In this document: positions 37,398-48,822 of the stretch, in pieces
How positions within the stretch are numbered: the first letter of the stretch is position 1
Layout: every line of letters starts with the position of its first letter
Assembly (NCBI GenBank): GCA_017654855.1
Contig: CM030337.1
Location: 2,294,001-2,358,000, forward strand
DNA length: 64,000 bases
Direction: 5' to 3'
From: Podospora anserina
Taxonomy: Eukaryota
Position numbers and translations under genes: made by a program
Notes under the pieces: model-generated
Seen by the model: only the letters and a program-made list of their open reading frames with translations
Told to the model about the DNA's origin: nothing
Databases searched by the model: none

Positions 37398-38350
37398 AGA
37401 CCAGGGACAGTCGTGTTCTTGAGATGGTACCACGACGCCTCCTTGGGGCTACTTGGAGCCTGAGCCTTCTTTTTCTTTTGTCAGGCTACGGATCAACTTT
37501 CTTCGCCTCGCCTTCCCTTCAGATTCACCTCTCAGTGGCGTTTTGCACCTGGCTTGGCTCATCCACCATTTCTGTTTATCATTCGACAGCCTTGGTCATC
37601 CATTTGGCGTGTGTTTGGGCTGGGTTTTGTCGGATTTGGGGAGTCTTGGGGGTTTGGGACGGGTTCAGCGCTGTGTTTTTTGTTTTTCTTGATCGTTGCA
37701 TATTTTTTGCCGGTTGGGTCGATATGGGATTTTTCTTTCGAGGAAGAGAAGAAGTACCTACACGAGGAAGGGAGAGAGCATTGCATGGATATTGTGATTA
37801 TGCTAAGGAAAAGGGGGTATTTAATGCGTTGGAATTTATTGGTTTTTTATTCCAAGTCCTTTGCTCGACAAGCAAGAGAAGCGGAGGGGTGGGGGCGGGG
37901 CTATCTTGATTCGAGTATGATATGGGCAACAGGACTCTATTTGGGTGGGTTGGGGATTTGGAGATCGGTTGGGCTGGTTGGTTCTTTGTATTTATTTTGT
38001 TTTTCTTCCAGCGGTTGGCTTCTTTAGGGAGGTAATCTGGCCTGGGAGTTTTTGTCGGATTTGGGATTTGGCTTGAGGGTTGCTTTGTGTGTGTGGGTGG
38101 GGTGGTGGTATCGGCGGATGGGGAGAGCAGGGAGGACCGAGTTATATTGCTTCTCTGTCATGTCTGGGTTTGCCCAACAACAGACAGCACCTTGTCTTGG
38201 GCTTTCCTACTGCTAGACACCTCACAACCCTCACAGCAAATAGCAACATGAGATAACATAGCATAAGACTCTCGACAGAACAACAAATCATTGATGTTTT
38301 TTTAAATGCTTTTTTTTCTTTGTTGCGACATGTGACACCCATCTATCTAT

Positions 38351-38823
38351 CTATTTCCTCCCACTCGCAAACTTTTCATGCCACTTTCCCCTCTTTTTGA
38401 CCTCGGGGGCGGCAGCGGTGGTGGGTAGGGGGACGAGCTCGACGGTTTCGTGGAGGGTGGCTATGGCTTTTAGACCGCTGGTGTCTGTTGGTTCGAGGAT
38501 GATGAGGGCGTTGGAGGTGTTTTTTTGGCGGAGGGAGTAGGATTTTGAGGTGGAGGGGACGGAGAGGAGGGCCGAGGTTGGGGAGGGAGAGATTGTTAGT
38601 CTGGACAGAGAGGGGGGAGGTTAGCATGGGGGAATGAGGCGGGTGAGGAGAGGGGGAGGGAGGCTTACACAGGTGGGTTCTCCCCCTCTAGTAGCGCTAC
38701 GAGGTCGGGTGGGAGTTCGATGAGTTTGTACCCTGCTACCGAGTCTGGGTCGGGGAGGGAGAAGGGCGAGGGCGCTGGTGGGTGGTAGAGGGGGACTGTG
38801 GGATGGGTTTGTTGGGTTGACAT
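38351..38823 (-). CDS. DCC1: Short Dcc1 sister-chromatid-cohesion protein (Ctf18-RFC subunit), 134 aa (exons 38823-38669, 38600-38351)
   Basis: YKLIELPPDLVALLE, YSLRQKNTSNALIIL, IATLHETVEL, C-terminal GKWHEKFA. GTAAGC/CTAAC/CAG intron joins in frame. Confidence 0.8.
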
Positions 38824-38994
38824 TGCTGTGGTCTGTGGTTTCTCGGGTCTGAAGGTGTGGCGTTTTGTTTGTAGGGATGACGCGGAAACAAAACGAAAAA
38901 ACAAGATGAATAGATGGGTTACTGGCGGCCTGTGGAAAGGAAAAGGGATGATGTCACGGTGGATAGGAGAATTAATCAAGGTTATCTTTGACAG

Positions 38995-39020
38995 ACGCGT
39001 TGACGGGCGGGAAGACGCGT
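38995..39020. promoter_or_regulatory. Two MluI cell-cycle box (ACGCGT) elements upstream of DCC1
   Basis: GACGCGTT occurs twice, 20 bp apart (ACGCGT at 38995 and 39015), about 170-200 bp upstream of the ATG of an S-phase gene. Confidence 0.6.
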
Positions 39021-40712
39021 TTGACAGGTTGGGTGTTTAATTGGTTTTGGTGGGGTAGAGTGGGGGCCCAAGAGGAGTGACGACCCTAACCCTGATCGCC
39101 GTCAATAGGTTGTGTAAGTGGACTTCCTTTCCTGGATGAAGACGACAGAAGCAGAATGCTGTGAAGAAGGAACAGATCGAGTCCACCATATCCTTCCTTA
39201 TTCATCTTCGTAAAACGACACGGCGTGCTTCTTGTTCGCTTGATTGTGTCGACGTTTGCTGACATCTTTGCACCACACCGAGGTTGAGCAAACAGCTACC
39301 GCTTTGCTTCGAACCAGCGTTGACTTGACCGTATTTGATTAGAGGAGGATCAGGCTATTCTCTAAGTGGTCAATATCTCGGTCACTAAGGACAAGACAAA
39401 GTAGTTATACGCGAGCTTAGGTCCTTGGCCTTTGGTTCAGAGCCTCGTTTTGCTTGCAGATGATCAGGCTGCAGGTACAATGGGAAATAACATAGGGAAA
39501 GTCGGTCAGCCGGAAATTATAACGCATGCATGAAACCAATGGACTGCAGGTGTTCCTTAAAATTCGCAGTACGTGCGACCCTTCTCCTGTCTGAGTCCCC
39601 AGTGTGTGTCCCGTCACTGAGGCTTTCTGCTTGTCTCGGGGTGTTGGTGTGATTCCCTCGTGTGTCTGGCGTCTAAGCGCTTCATGAAAAACCCCAATCA
39701 CATTGCTAGACAGCTGGAAGAGTTCATATCAAGACTGCTCGTTCACGTTCGGCAGCTGGAATTTCAGTCTCCCCAAAACATTCACTGCACCCATTTTCTG
39801 ACAGTACCTAGGTGACTCTGCCACTCTCCCAGGGTTCCCATCTGCCCTTGAGTACTGTTCTCAAGAATCAACCCGCCCCTGGGGCTCTCGCTCGCAATCC
39901 CTCAGCCTCCCCATGATTAGTTTATTACGCCAAGGCGGAGATACAGACATTCGATATGGGTGACTGTTGTAGCCAGCCCTCCCGCGACGAGGAGTATGAG
40001 GTTTATACCACCAATGCCAGGCCTGTTCGAAACAATCACCATGGCGGACACGTAGGTTGTCCTTCATTTTGTTCAAACATCCATCTTTCACACTAGCCCT
40101 TCCATAAAGGTCGCACAATTTCCTGGCGCTAATTGTTGTCTTGTTTTCATAGCGCCGATGTGGGATTAACCACGCTTATGTCTGTTGCTGCTCCCTCGGA
40201 AAGCCCTGCTGTACTCATGGATGCGAGCGACAAATTCAAGTGGCCTATGACTGACGACTTCTGGCATGAGATACCATGAAGGAGGGGGTTTGTTCGGAGG
40301 GGAAATATTGAGGCGTCAGCTGAGACCCAGATGGAGCACGGTTGTGGAATCGACATTGTTGGCACCGGATGATACCATGGCAATTATAAATGGTGCTCCA
40401 TTCATGATACTTTCAGTCTGCACTCTGTGCACCCACATTACCGGCCCTTATACCGACCTGTCCTTCCGGATCCTAAGGCATGAAAGTAACCACCAACCAT
40501 TCGTTCCGGTAGATGGCTTTCGTCGCAGACACCTCTCTAAATCATTGAAATTGTTCACTGGTAAGCTGGCTTCCGGCGTGGCTTTCAGTCGTCTTACCCC
40601 CTTCCAATCTCTCATCATCCAGACAGCCTCTTGCTTGGTTTGCATCCCCAGCATCATATATGTAGATATCCGCTTTGCATATCAATGCCTGGGCCTCCGG
40701 AAACTTGTTACC

Positions 40713-43700
40713 CTACCTTGCCTCCTCCCCAGTACATCTTGCTAGCTCTGCTAACAACTCATCGTATCCCTTTAATGCACCTTCCCCGTTCATTTGGTGA
40801 CTGAGTATGTCAACGCGAGTTTTGAGAGCATTGAGGTAGTCAGGATAATCCAAGGGTTTAATAACACTATCGTTTTGAATCATCGACTGTAAGCGCTCGC
40901 AACGGTCCCTCCAAAGCCCCAGCACCTTATCAATCAGCATCAAAACCTCATTGGGCCTCGTCATGGCCCCATCAGGCCTCGTTGTCGCCGTAGTTTGACT
41001 CGCTTGATGCCCTATCATGCTTGTTGCTTCCGGCCAGGTTATGGTCCGTGGCAATCACATTGACATGTGTTTCCGGAAGATGCAACACGTTGACTTGTTT
41101 GTCAAGGATCTCGCGGAGCTCGTCCACCGCGCGCCTCGGATTCGTCAACCCGCCCTCATCGCTGAGCGCCGCTGCACGGCCCAACCTCATGGCGAGGGTT
41201 TTGCGATGTTCTTTGGTCAGCCTCTCCGCCGTTGTTTCAATCACGCTGTCAAACAATGGCAGAGCTTCGTCAAACCTGCCCGGCACCCGGGACAGTATGG
41301 AGGCCTTGCCATGCTTTAGATTCAACACCCGCTGGTCATCCTCCGCGCCTCTGTTGAACTGACCCCACTCCAAGATGGTCTTGTCGATCATCTTGAGGGC
41401 CTCAGGGAGTCTTTCTGCTTGGGTGCCGAGCACATTAGCGTGGCAGCTGGATATGTATAGCTTGGTCTCTCTGTGTAGTAGCCCGTCGGCGGTGCTGCTG
41501 ATTCTATCGAGGGCCTGTGCGTAGAGGTTTTCGGCCTTGACGTAGTCTCCGCAGTCCCTGTAGACCTTGCCTTGGCTGAGGAGAACTGTGCTTCTCAGCG
41601 CTGAACAGGATTCGCTTGTCGGGTTATCATCGATCACGGATTCCGCCTCCTGGTAGTGCACCAAGGCTTCGTCGTACTCCCCTTTGTCACGTTTGATCAT
41701 GCCTTGATCATGCCGAGACCAATGAGCGTTTGGACAGTCCTTTCTGCGGGCCCACCTCTGTCTTGACGGTATTGGTGACACGATGCCATGCGCTCCTCGG
41801 CAACTTTCTGATTGCCGCCAAGAAAGCTAAGTTTGGCTGACTCAAATGCCAGAATCCATCTCTTGAACTCGGAGATGGGACTTGGAGTGGTACCGGTCAG
41901 CCAGGCTCTCTCGCAGAGTATCGATGATGCATGTGGTAAAAGTCCGGAGCACGTATCGAAGCTGCTCGGCTGGCAGAGGAAGGAGGGGGTGCTATAAGGC
42001 GTGAAGCAGCTTGTGACCAGAAACAAAGCGAGGTCAAATGCTTCCTGACATGCTGCTGGATCTTCACTTGCCAGCCATTTGGTAGCAATGAGTGAAGTAT
42101 ATTGGTGGAGAGTATAGGACCTGGTTGAGCGAACGCCAGGGCTCTCTTTACGTGATACCAGACCATAGGCCATCAAACGCCTGGGTAGTCAAGATATGCC
42201 ATGGTATGGAGGATCTTCGAAGCAATTGGACTTTGTCGGCGGATTGTTTTGAAGGACGAGACCCATGTCTGCAAGATCACATCAGACATGCTGTCGAATG
42301 TGAAGCCGTCGTGAGCCCTGAGTATCTCCAGATATCGGTTTATGGTCTTTGACTTTTCACCAATGTATGCCACCGCTTGGCAGATCGCCAAGGGCAAGAA
42401 GTCCAGCCCTTTTAGAGGAATATCGACACCTGACCGAAGCCTGGTCCTCCCAGACTCCCTTGTATCTTCCTGGATATCGATTGTGCTTTCTTCGCTGTCC
42501 TCTGTTATGACAAGCTCCGGGATATCCTTAGCAGTCGCGAGTATTCGAATCAGTTCTTGCGCATCGAGCTCTTGCATCCTATTGGCATCAATAACGAACC
42601 CATTTAGAAGCAGTTTTGGAGCTTATCAACGACCTATCACGAGAGGTAAATATGATGGTCCCCTTTCTTACTGGAAGGACATCGTGCAGCAGCTGTGGGA
42701 ATAAGTCCAGTCTCCGCTCATCAAGCTGGTCCACAAATATTCTGCATGCTCCAGATTCCTCAGAGTCTAGGCAGTCTCTCGCTTTGAGACAAGCCTGAGA
42801 TCGCCTATGTTGTCAGACCCTTGCCCAAGGTGCAGCGCAATCTTGGAATAGGACGTCATGAAATGCTCCTCTGAGGATCCGTTGACCCAAAACAGATGGT
42901 AGTTTAGAGGTGAGGGCCTCATTAACGTGTATCAAGGACCACCCTTTTCACGGATTCCTCGTCAGGTCTTTCCAGAGTTTCTGCCTCTTTTACTGCTGCT
43001 TTATATCAGTCATTGAACCGTCCGATGAGTTTGTGAACCTCTGGATTCGCTTAGATTCTTTGAAGCAGTTTAAAGAACAGTCCATGTAATTGCTGAGTTT
43101 TGGTTATTTCAACGTCCCGTGCCACAATCGGATCGGTGCTCCCCCAAAGAAGCAGGTAATCGTGCATTGCAGCGTTGTTACGCGGGAATGGAATGATGTC
43201 GCAGCTGGTTCCATGAAGATTCTTTCGGATATCCAAGAAGGCCAATTCAGTCAAGACATGATGACATTCAGGGTTCCCGTATTGCTCTTCTACACAATCT
43301 CTGATTCGGCCGTGTAGAGCCTTTGTGGTCACATTTGTCTCAGTTCTCCATTGGTTGAATATTTCCTTGATTGTTGCAGCATAGGGTGCTGTGAACGGGT
43401 CTTCGTAGTATGCTTTGAGAAGTTGGGAACCAAATACCACCACTGCGTCGACGCTGGAGATCACCACGGCGCTATGGGAATCCAAAGATGGTAATAGGCA
43501 ATACTGGTTCGAGAGAATGTTATGAACGGCAGCATCATCCCCTTCCCGGGTTTCTTGAACCAAGAGAGGAGCCTCGTCCGAGATTGTACGGGAGCGTATA
43601 ACTTTGAGCCAATTGATAATGCTTCTCAGGTAGTGTGAGTTTGCCGGCACGCCGTTCTTGTGATCATGAGCATAAACAATAAAAATGCTCGTCGTTTCAC

Positions 43701-43760
43701 GATGAAACACGTCGGTATCCGCGAGGGCGGCTAGAATTTCGTCAAAGACATCATCCAGAT
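40713..43760 (-). pseudogene. Decayed fungal NLR: TIR/SEFIR-like N-terminal domain, NB-ARC, TPR repeats
   Basis: IFIVYAHD...; FWVNGSSEEHF, GTIIFTSRD, LPLAICQAVAYI, TWVSSFKTIR..ASKILHTMAYLD, MAYGLV..YTLH; kinesin-light-chain-type TPRs (GEYDEALVHYQEA, GDYVKAENLYAQAL, GRFDEALPLF, HRKTL). Several stops and frameshifts; no Walker A found. Confidence 0.8.
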
Positions 43761-44147
43761 CTAAGGCAACGTCAATCAGTCACATCGACTAAGTATTTGC
43801 ATGGCTAGGTATCACGTCTGCTAACATTAAACACCTCTATATAAGCGCAGCTCGTTGTTTGCTGACATTTGAATGGGTTGAGATTGCAACCATGAAGAAT
43901 CAGGGCCTGACTCGAGCGAATATTTTGAGTTGTCTGGGCGAGCTCGGAAGGCGGACCCATTGCTCGAAAACATGCATGACAACTCACCACAGCCAGTTTG
44001 TGGTCAAGGTGCAGGGTAGATGTCTTCGAATGGGATGCGCGCTTGCCTAATGTAGGTAGACCCCAGCAGTAATGGAGGCTGAGAAGGTACTGGGCTGCTC
44101 AGGCATGATTTTTACATCAAGACATTTTTTAACGATCACTGAACGTA

Positions 44148-45794
44148 TTACGCACGACCCCTCAGCTTAAACTCTAACTCCAATGCCCCCGGCGAAGCAG
44201 TGAATTGATCTCTCAACTCACCAACCAGCCTCTCTCCCCTTTCTTTCCCCCAGTACCCAACATCAAACCTCGTCACCAGCAATGCAATGACAAACCGCAT
44301 TTCTGCCATTGCAAGTGCTTTCCCAACGCAATTGAACCTCCCCTGACTGAAAGGCTGGAACCCCCTACCATCCCTCACCATCTCAGGCCTTGTGGTCCAC
44401 CTCTCTGGAACCCATTCATGAGCTCTTTCATAGGCCTCCTCCGACCTTCCCATTGACCACCTGGGTGACACAATAGTGACCCCACCTGGCACCCAGCTTC
44501 CCGCAATCTCCAACCCTCCCTCTGGAGTCTGTCGATAACCCCCAGTCGGCACCGCCGGCCAAAGCCTCATAGTCTCCTTAATAACCCCCGTCAACAACCC
44601 AACCTTTGCCAGCTCCCCCTTGTCATAAATATCCACCCCGTCCAACTTTCCCCTCAACCTCTCCTGCAGCTTCCTATTCCTAACCAACTCATAAAAAGCA
44701 AACACCAACGTCGGAGCAATAGTATCACTCCCTGCAATAACAACCGTAACCGCATCCCCATTCAACCACTCCCTATCCTTTTTCAACGTCCCCCTGCTCA
44801 AACTCTCCTCAATCAACCAATGACTCACATCCCTCCTTGCCCCCACCTTCCCATGCCTTGCGATCCTCTCCCCCATCCGCTCCTTACACCACTCCATCAT
44901 CCCCAACCAATCCCTCACAATCCACATCCAAGGCGTGACATAAAACGCTACCTGCGCAAGCCAAGGAACAGCACTAAAGGGTCCCAACAACCCCATCGCC
45001 CGTCTCAACAACCTCACCGCCCAGTGCCATTTCTGTGATTGCAACATTTCAAACCCCTGACCAAAGGCAAACTCGCCCATTACATCAAACGTGAAGAAAT
45101 AGAACCAGTCAGAGGCATTGATCGGCTTTCCCTGTCTGGATAGACCCTCTATCCTCTCCGCCAGGACTTCAGCATGGTGATACACTCGCGTCTCATAATC
45201 CCTCATAGCAGCAGAAGTAAAACCCTTGTCCCACACCTTTCTCCTCTGGTCATGCTCATGAACATCCCGCGTGGTGTTGAGTGCTATTTCAGGCAGCAAA
45301 AAGTCATACCACACTGCCTTGGTGCACGTACTCTTTGGGCCGTCGATAGTGTTTGGGACAGAGGGGTCAATGATGGTTAGCTCTTCCGGGCCGGTGCGGA
45401 TCACGCTGCCGTGTTGGGCCCGGAGGCCTTCAATGACGAGATGGTTTTTCCCGTAGCGGCACTGCCAGACGTGCCAGAATTTTGTGATGGCCGCGAGTTT
45501 GGGACCGGGGAAGGAGCGGAGGCGGTGGAAGTACAGCCGGTAGATGGAGATGCTGCTGAAGAGGCCTAGGATGTAGGAGGTGGTGAGAAGGAAGGTGGCC
45601 TGGAAGGGATTCGGTTGGTCATTGTAGAAGGAAATGAGGTAAATGAAGGTGGTGAGAGAGGAGTAGAGCCAGAATAACGTTGGGGCTTGCATGTGCCATT
45701 CTCCTCGTATGAAGAGAGCCAGGTGTGAGGTAACCCCAAGCAGGGCGGCTGCTGGGTATAGCACAGCGGAGGGAAGGTCTAGCAGAAGACCCAT
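44148..45794 (-). CDS. Cytochrome P450 monooxygenase (intronless)
   Basis: N-terminal TM segments, FPGPKLA, AGSDT (I-helix), ETMR (ExxR), PERW, heme loop FSQGRFNCVG. Confidence 0.95.
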   Translation of the reverse strand: MGLLLDLPSAVLYPAAALLGVTSHLALFIRGEWHMQAPTLFWLYSSLTTFIYLISFYNDQPNPFQATFLLTTSYILGLFSSISIYRLYFHRLRSFPGPKLAAITKFWHVWQCRYGKNHLVIEGLRAQHGSVIRTGPEELTIIDPSVPNTIDGPKSTCTKAVWYDFLLPEIALNTTRDVHEHDQRRKVWDKGFTSAAMRDYETRVYHHAEVLAERIEGLSRQGKPINASDWFYFFTFDVMGEFAFGQGFEMLQSQKWHWAVRLLRRAMGLLGPFSAVPWLAQVAFYVTPWMWIVRDWLGMMEWCKERMGERIARHGKVGARRDVSHWLIEESLSRGTLKKDREWLNGDAVTVVIAGSDTIAPTLVFAFYELVRNRKLQERLRGKLDGVDIYDKGELAKVGLLTGVIKETMRLWPAVPTGGYRQTPEGGLEIAGSWVPGGVTIVSPRWSMGRSEEAYERAHEWVPERWTTRPEMVRDGRGFQPFSQGRFNCVGKALAMAEMRFVIALLVTRFDVGYWGKERGERLVGELRDQFTASPGALELEFKLRGRA

Positions 45795-46315
45795 GGTGGC
45801 TAACCTTCGCAGGACGGGTGCTATGGTGGAAGACAGGGCCGATATGACCTAGGAGTGGGGAGAGGGAAGAGATGATGAGGATAGATAAAGCGGATGCTCG
45901 GAAGGGGGTGAGATATCAGGGGGTCCGCATTCAGCCCTATGCCTCCCCTGAACATGGCGGGCTGTCTGATACTGGCGCAGAACGTTGAATGTGAAGACAG
46001 CCGACTGGACCACCGCTCCGTTCTCCGAGCTCGCCTATTTCAGCACATGTTTGTGACCGAAGGGCAGAAACGCTCTTGGCCGTGGCACAGTGGTGTTGTT
46101 ATTCCGGGACGTAACTACCCGGACGGAGTTACGGATGTGAAGGAAGATGAGACGCCGTCTGAGAGAATGTGCCGACGGGGCTGGGGTAGTGGCATAGCTG
46201 CCGCGTGGCGATGAGCGAGGAAACAGACATGATCAAATACCCGTCGCTGTCTCACCAGAGAGACTGGAACTGATTCGGCCCAACCAAGTCGAGTGAACAG
46301 AAACAACAAGAGATC

Positions 46316-47317
46316 ATGGACTCCGAGCTATTGAACAGCCAGGTAAGAGTGGTTACCATCATGAGAGGTCTTGCTGCGGGCCAGATACTTACCATGGACC
46401 AGATGGCCGAGGCCATACATCGAATGCAGAAGCTGGTCGGTTGTGGCGTTTTCCATGTCCAATCGATCTGGCTCTTCACCCGCAGTGACCTGAAAACGAT
46501 CGTGATCCCCCAGTCAGCTTTCGGGATCATTAATGCCATTGCAAGCTCCAACGACTGGCCAGAGGTGCTGAGCCGCGTACCAATGGTCTTCTTTTGGGTG
46601 TGGATCAACCTGTTGCCTTTCGCGATCGACAATCAACGTCAGGCGGAAGCCATACTCGAAGACCGACACAACAAGCCATGGCGGACAATGCCTTCACAGA
46701 GAATGACAGAGGCCCAGGCCAGAATACTCATGCTTCTGTTGTATCCGGTATCTCTCTTCACGAGCCTGCGGCTGGGAGGAACACGCCAGTGTCTGGCGTT
46801 GATGGTGCTTGGATATGGATACAACGACCTGAATCTGGCTGACAGGAGCTGGATCAGCCGGAACGTTATCAACGCCTTGGGTTTCTGCTCCTTTGCCTCG
46901 GGGGCCTTGGAAGTTGCCATGCACTCGCCCTTATCATTTTCAGGAGAAAACAACCAGACTGTTGTCAAATGGCTTGCTATGATTGGCGGCATTGTCTTCT
47001 CAACGGTACAGACTCAGGACATGGCGGATCAGGTCGGGGATAGCTCGAGGGGCAGAAAGTCGATGCCGTTGGCTCTCGGAGACGGACCGGCTCGATGGAT
47101 GATTGCGATTCCCATGGTTGGATGGTCGATAGTCTGCCCCTGGTTTTGGGGTGCGGGTGCTGTGGTACATGTGGTCGCTGCATTCTCGGGCCTCTTGATT
47201 GCATGCAGGACGCTGACATGGCGTAGCATTGAGGCGGATAAGCGGACTTTCCAATTGTGGAATCTGTGGATGGCAGGTCTCTACACTCTGCCTTTGCTCT
47301 CTGCAGGTGGGCGGTGA
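46316..47317 (+). CDS. UbiA-superfamily membrane enzyme, probably UbiA-type terpene cyclase (Fma-TC-like)
   Basis: WLFTRSDLKTIVIP, NQ..EDRHNKPWRTMPSQRM, YNDL, QDMADQVGDSSRGRKSMP, multiple TM helices. Possible in-frame 60-nt intron 46343-46402. Confidence 0.85.
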   Translation: MDSELLNSQVRVVTIMRGLAAGQILTMDQMAEAIHRMQKLVGCGVFHVQSIWLFTRSDLKTIVIPQSAFGIINAIASSNDWPEVLSRVPMVFFWVWINLLPFAIDNQRQAEAILEDRHNKPWRTMPSQRMTEAQARILMLLLYPVSLFTSLRLGGTRQCLALMVLGYGYNDLNLADRSWISRNVINALGFCSFASGALEVAMHSPLSFSGENNQTVVKWLAMIGGIVFSTVQTQDMADQVGDSSRGRKSMPLALGDGPARWMIAIPMVGWSIVCPWFWGAGAVVHVVAAFSGLLIACRTLTWRSIEADKRTFQLWNLWMAGLYTLPLLSAGGR

Positions 47318-47990
47318 ATGATGGTGGTGGGGGTTGGGCTGTTGCCTGCCATAGAAACAAGAGGGGGAAGGTGGGGGGTATGCATGTTTGCTCCTTCTCT
47401 GATACAATCAACTCGCACTCTTTTCATAGTTGAGCAATAATTACGTTTCTTTCAAAATCCACAGGACATGTTACTAGGCACTATACACGGTCCTGACCTC
47501 TGCGAGTTCTTTTCGATACCATATATGATCTCAACATCGCTTCACTGATAGATATCTGATATGATCACTACACCCGGTTTTTTAGCAGCCATGTCATCAT
47601 AACTCCGGTCTTTTCACCGCTATCTAATCTGCGCTGATGTGACACAGATTCTCGTTAGGCGAAGCCCGTTCGGGAGGATCGGTACAAAAGGACGCCCGGG
47701 TCCTGTCCAACAGCCGGTACTTTATTGCGACATCGGCTCCGGTCCCACGCCCCCGTCGCTATCATATTTGACGGCCGCGCCACCCCCGCTGCCCGCCAGC
47801 CTGATGAACAGTGGGATGTGAGCTTGGCTTTGTCAGTGCTGACTGCTGACCTGCACCCGTTCCGACACAGCTCCAGCAAGCTGCCGGATATTTCCCTCCT
47901 CGACACCAGTCTCATTCTCGCTTCGTCCTCCGCGCCGTTCTTGTAATCCGCCCTCCTGCAATCCGCATCCTCTGAGCACATTCCATCAAC

Positions 47991-48764
47991 ATGGCCAAGC
48001 CCGTTTTCGTCCTCCTTCACGGTGCGTGGCACGGTCCAAGCTGCTGGCACCGTGTCATCGCCGAGCTTGAACAGGCCGGCTACAAGGCTGTTGCTCCCGC
48101 ATTACCTTCTTCGGGTTCCACGCCACCTACACCCGACTGGTCCAAGGATGTAGAGATAATCCATCAGACTGTTTCGGACCTCGTAAAGCGGCAGGATGTT
48201 GTTGTGGTCACACACAGCTTCAGCGGAATGACTGGCGGCACAGCGTTGGAGGGTCTGGACAAGGATACTTGCATGTCCAGAGGGCTGAAGGGGGGTGTGA
48301 TCAGACTCATCTACATTACAGCCTTTCTTGTTCCGGAAGGGTTCCAACACTCGCCTGAAGGAACGCGAGACAACATGATCCCCGAGATGATTACCAGTCT
48401 GGACTCAGGCATCGTTACGGTCAAGCCAGAGGATGTGAAAGGCATGTTCTATCAGGATTTAGACGACGACACAGTTGCCGAGCTGGCAAAGGAACTGCGC
48501 CCGCAAAGCTTTGGTGCCTTCTGGAGTATTACTACTCACGCCGCTTGGCGCCATGTCCCGACGACCTACATCCTTACCACTGGCGACAGGCCGACCACCG
48601 TTGTTGCGGCACAGTACCTCGTTGACTCGGCAAAAGCAAGTGGCCAACATAGGATTGACAATGTCATCAAAGTCGACACCGGCCATTCGCCCTTCATCAG
48701 CCGACCCGAGTGGACTGCAAAAACATTGATTGAAGAGGCTAATAGGTCACCTCAGCTGGAGTAA
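47991..48764 (+). CDS. Alpha/beta hydrolase (methylesterase-like)
   Basis: FVLLHGAWHG, nucleophile elbow THSFSG, TGD, DTGHSPFISRP. Confidence 0.9.
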   Translation: MAKPVFVLLHGAWHGPSCWHRVIAELEQAGYKAVAPALPSSGSTPPTPDWSKDVEIIHQTVSDLVKRQDVVVVTHSFSGMTGGTALEGLDKDTCMSRGLKGGVIRLIYITAFLVPEGFQHSPEGTRDNMIPEMITSLDSGIVTVKPEDVKGMFYQDLDDDTVAELAKELRPQSFGAFWSITTHAAWRHVPTTYILTTGDRPTTVVAAQYLVDSAKASGQHRIDNVIKVDTGHSPFISRPEWTAKTLIEEANRSPQLE

Positions 48765-48822
48765 ATCATTGGCTACATAGTTGGAATCAAAGTCCCCTGA
48801 ACATCTCTGCTATGGCACAGAC

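Noticed and set aside
37367-38027. Hydrophobic ORFs after the RBR gene
   Set aside because: T/G-rich 3' UTR or terminator sequence gives spurious F/L/G-rich peptides.
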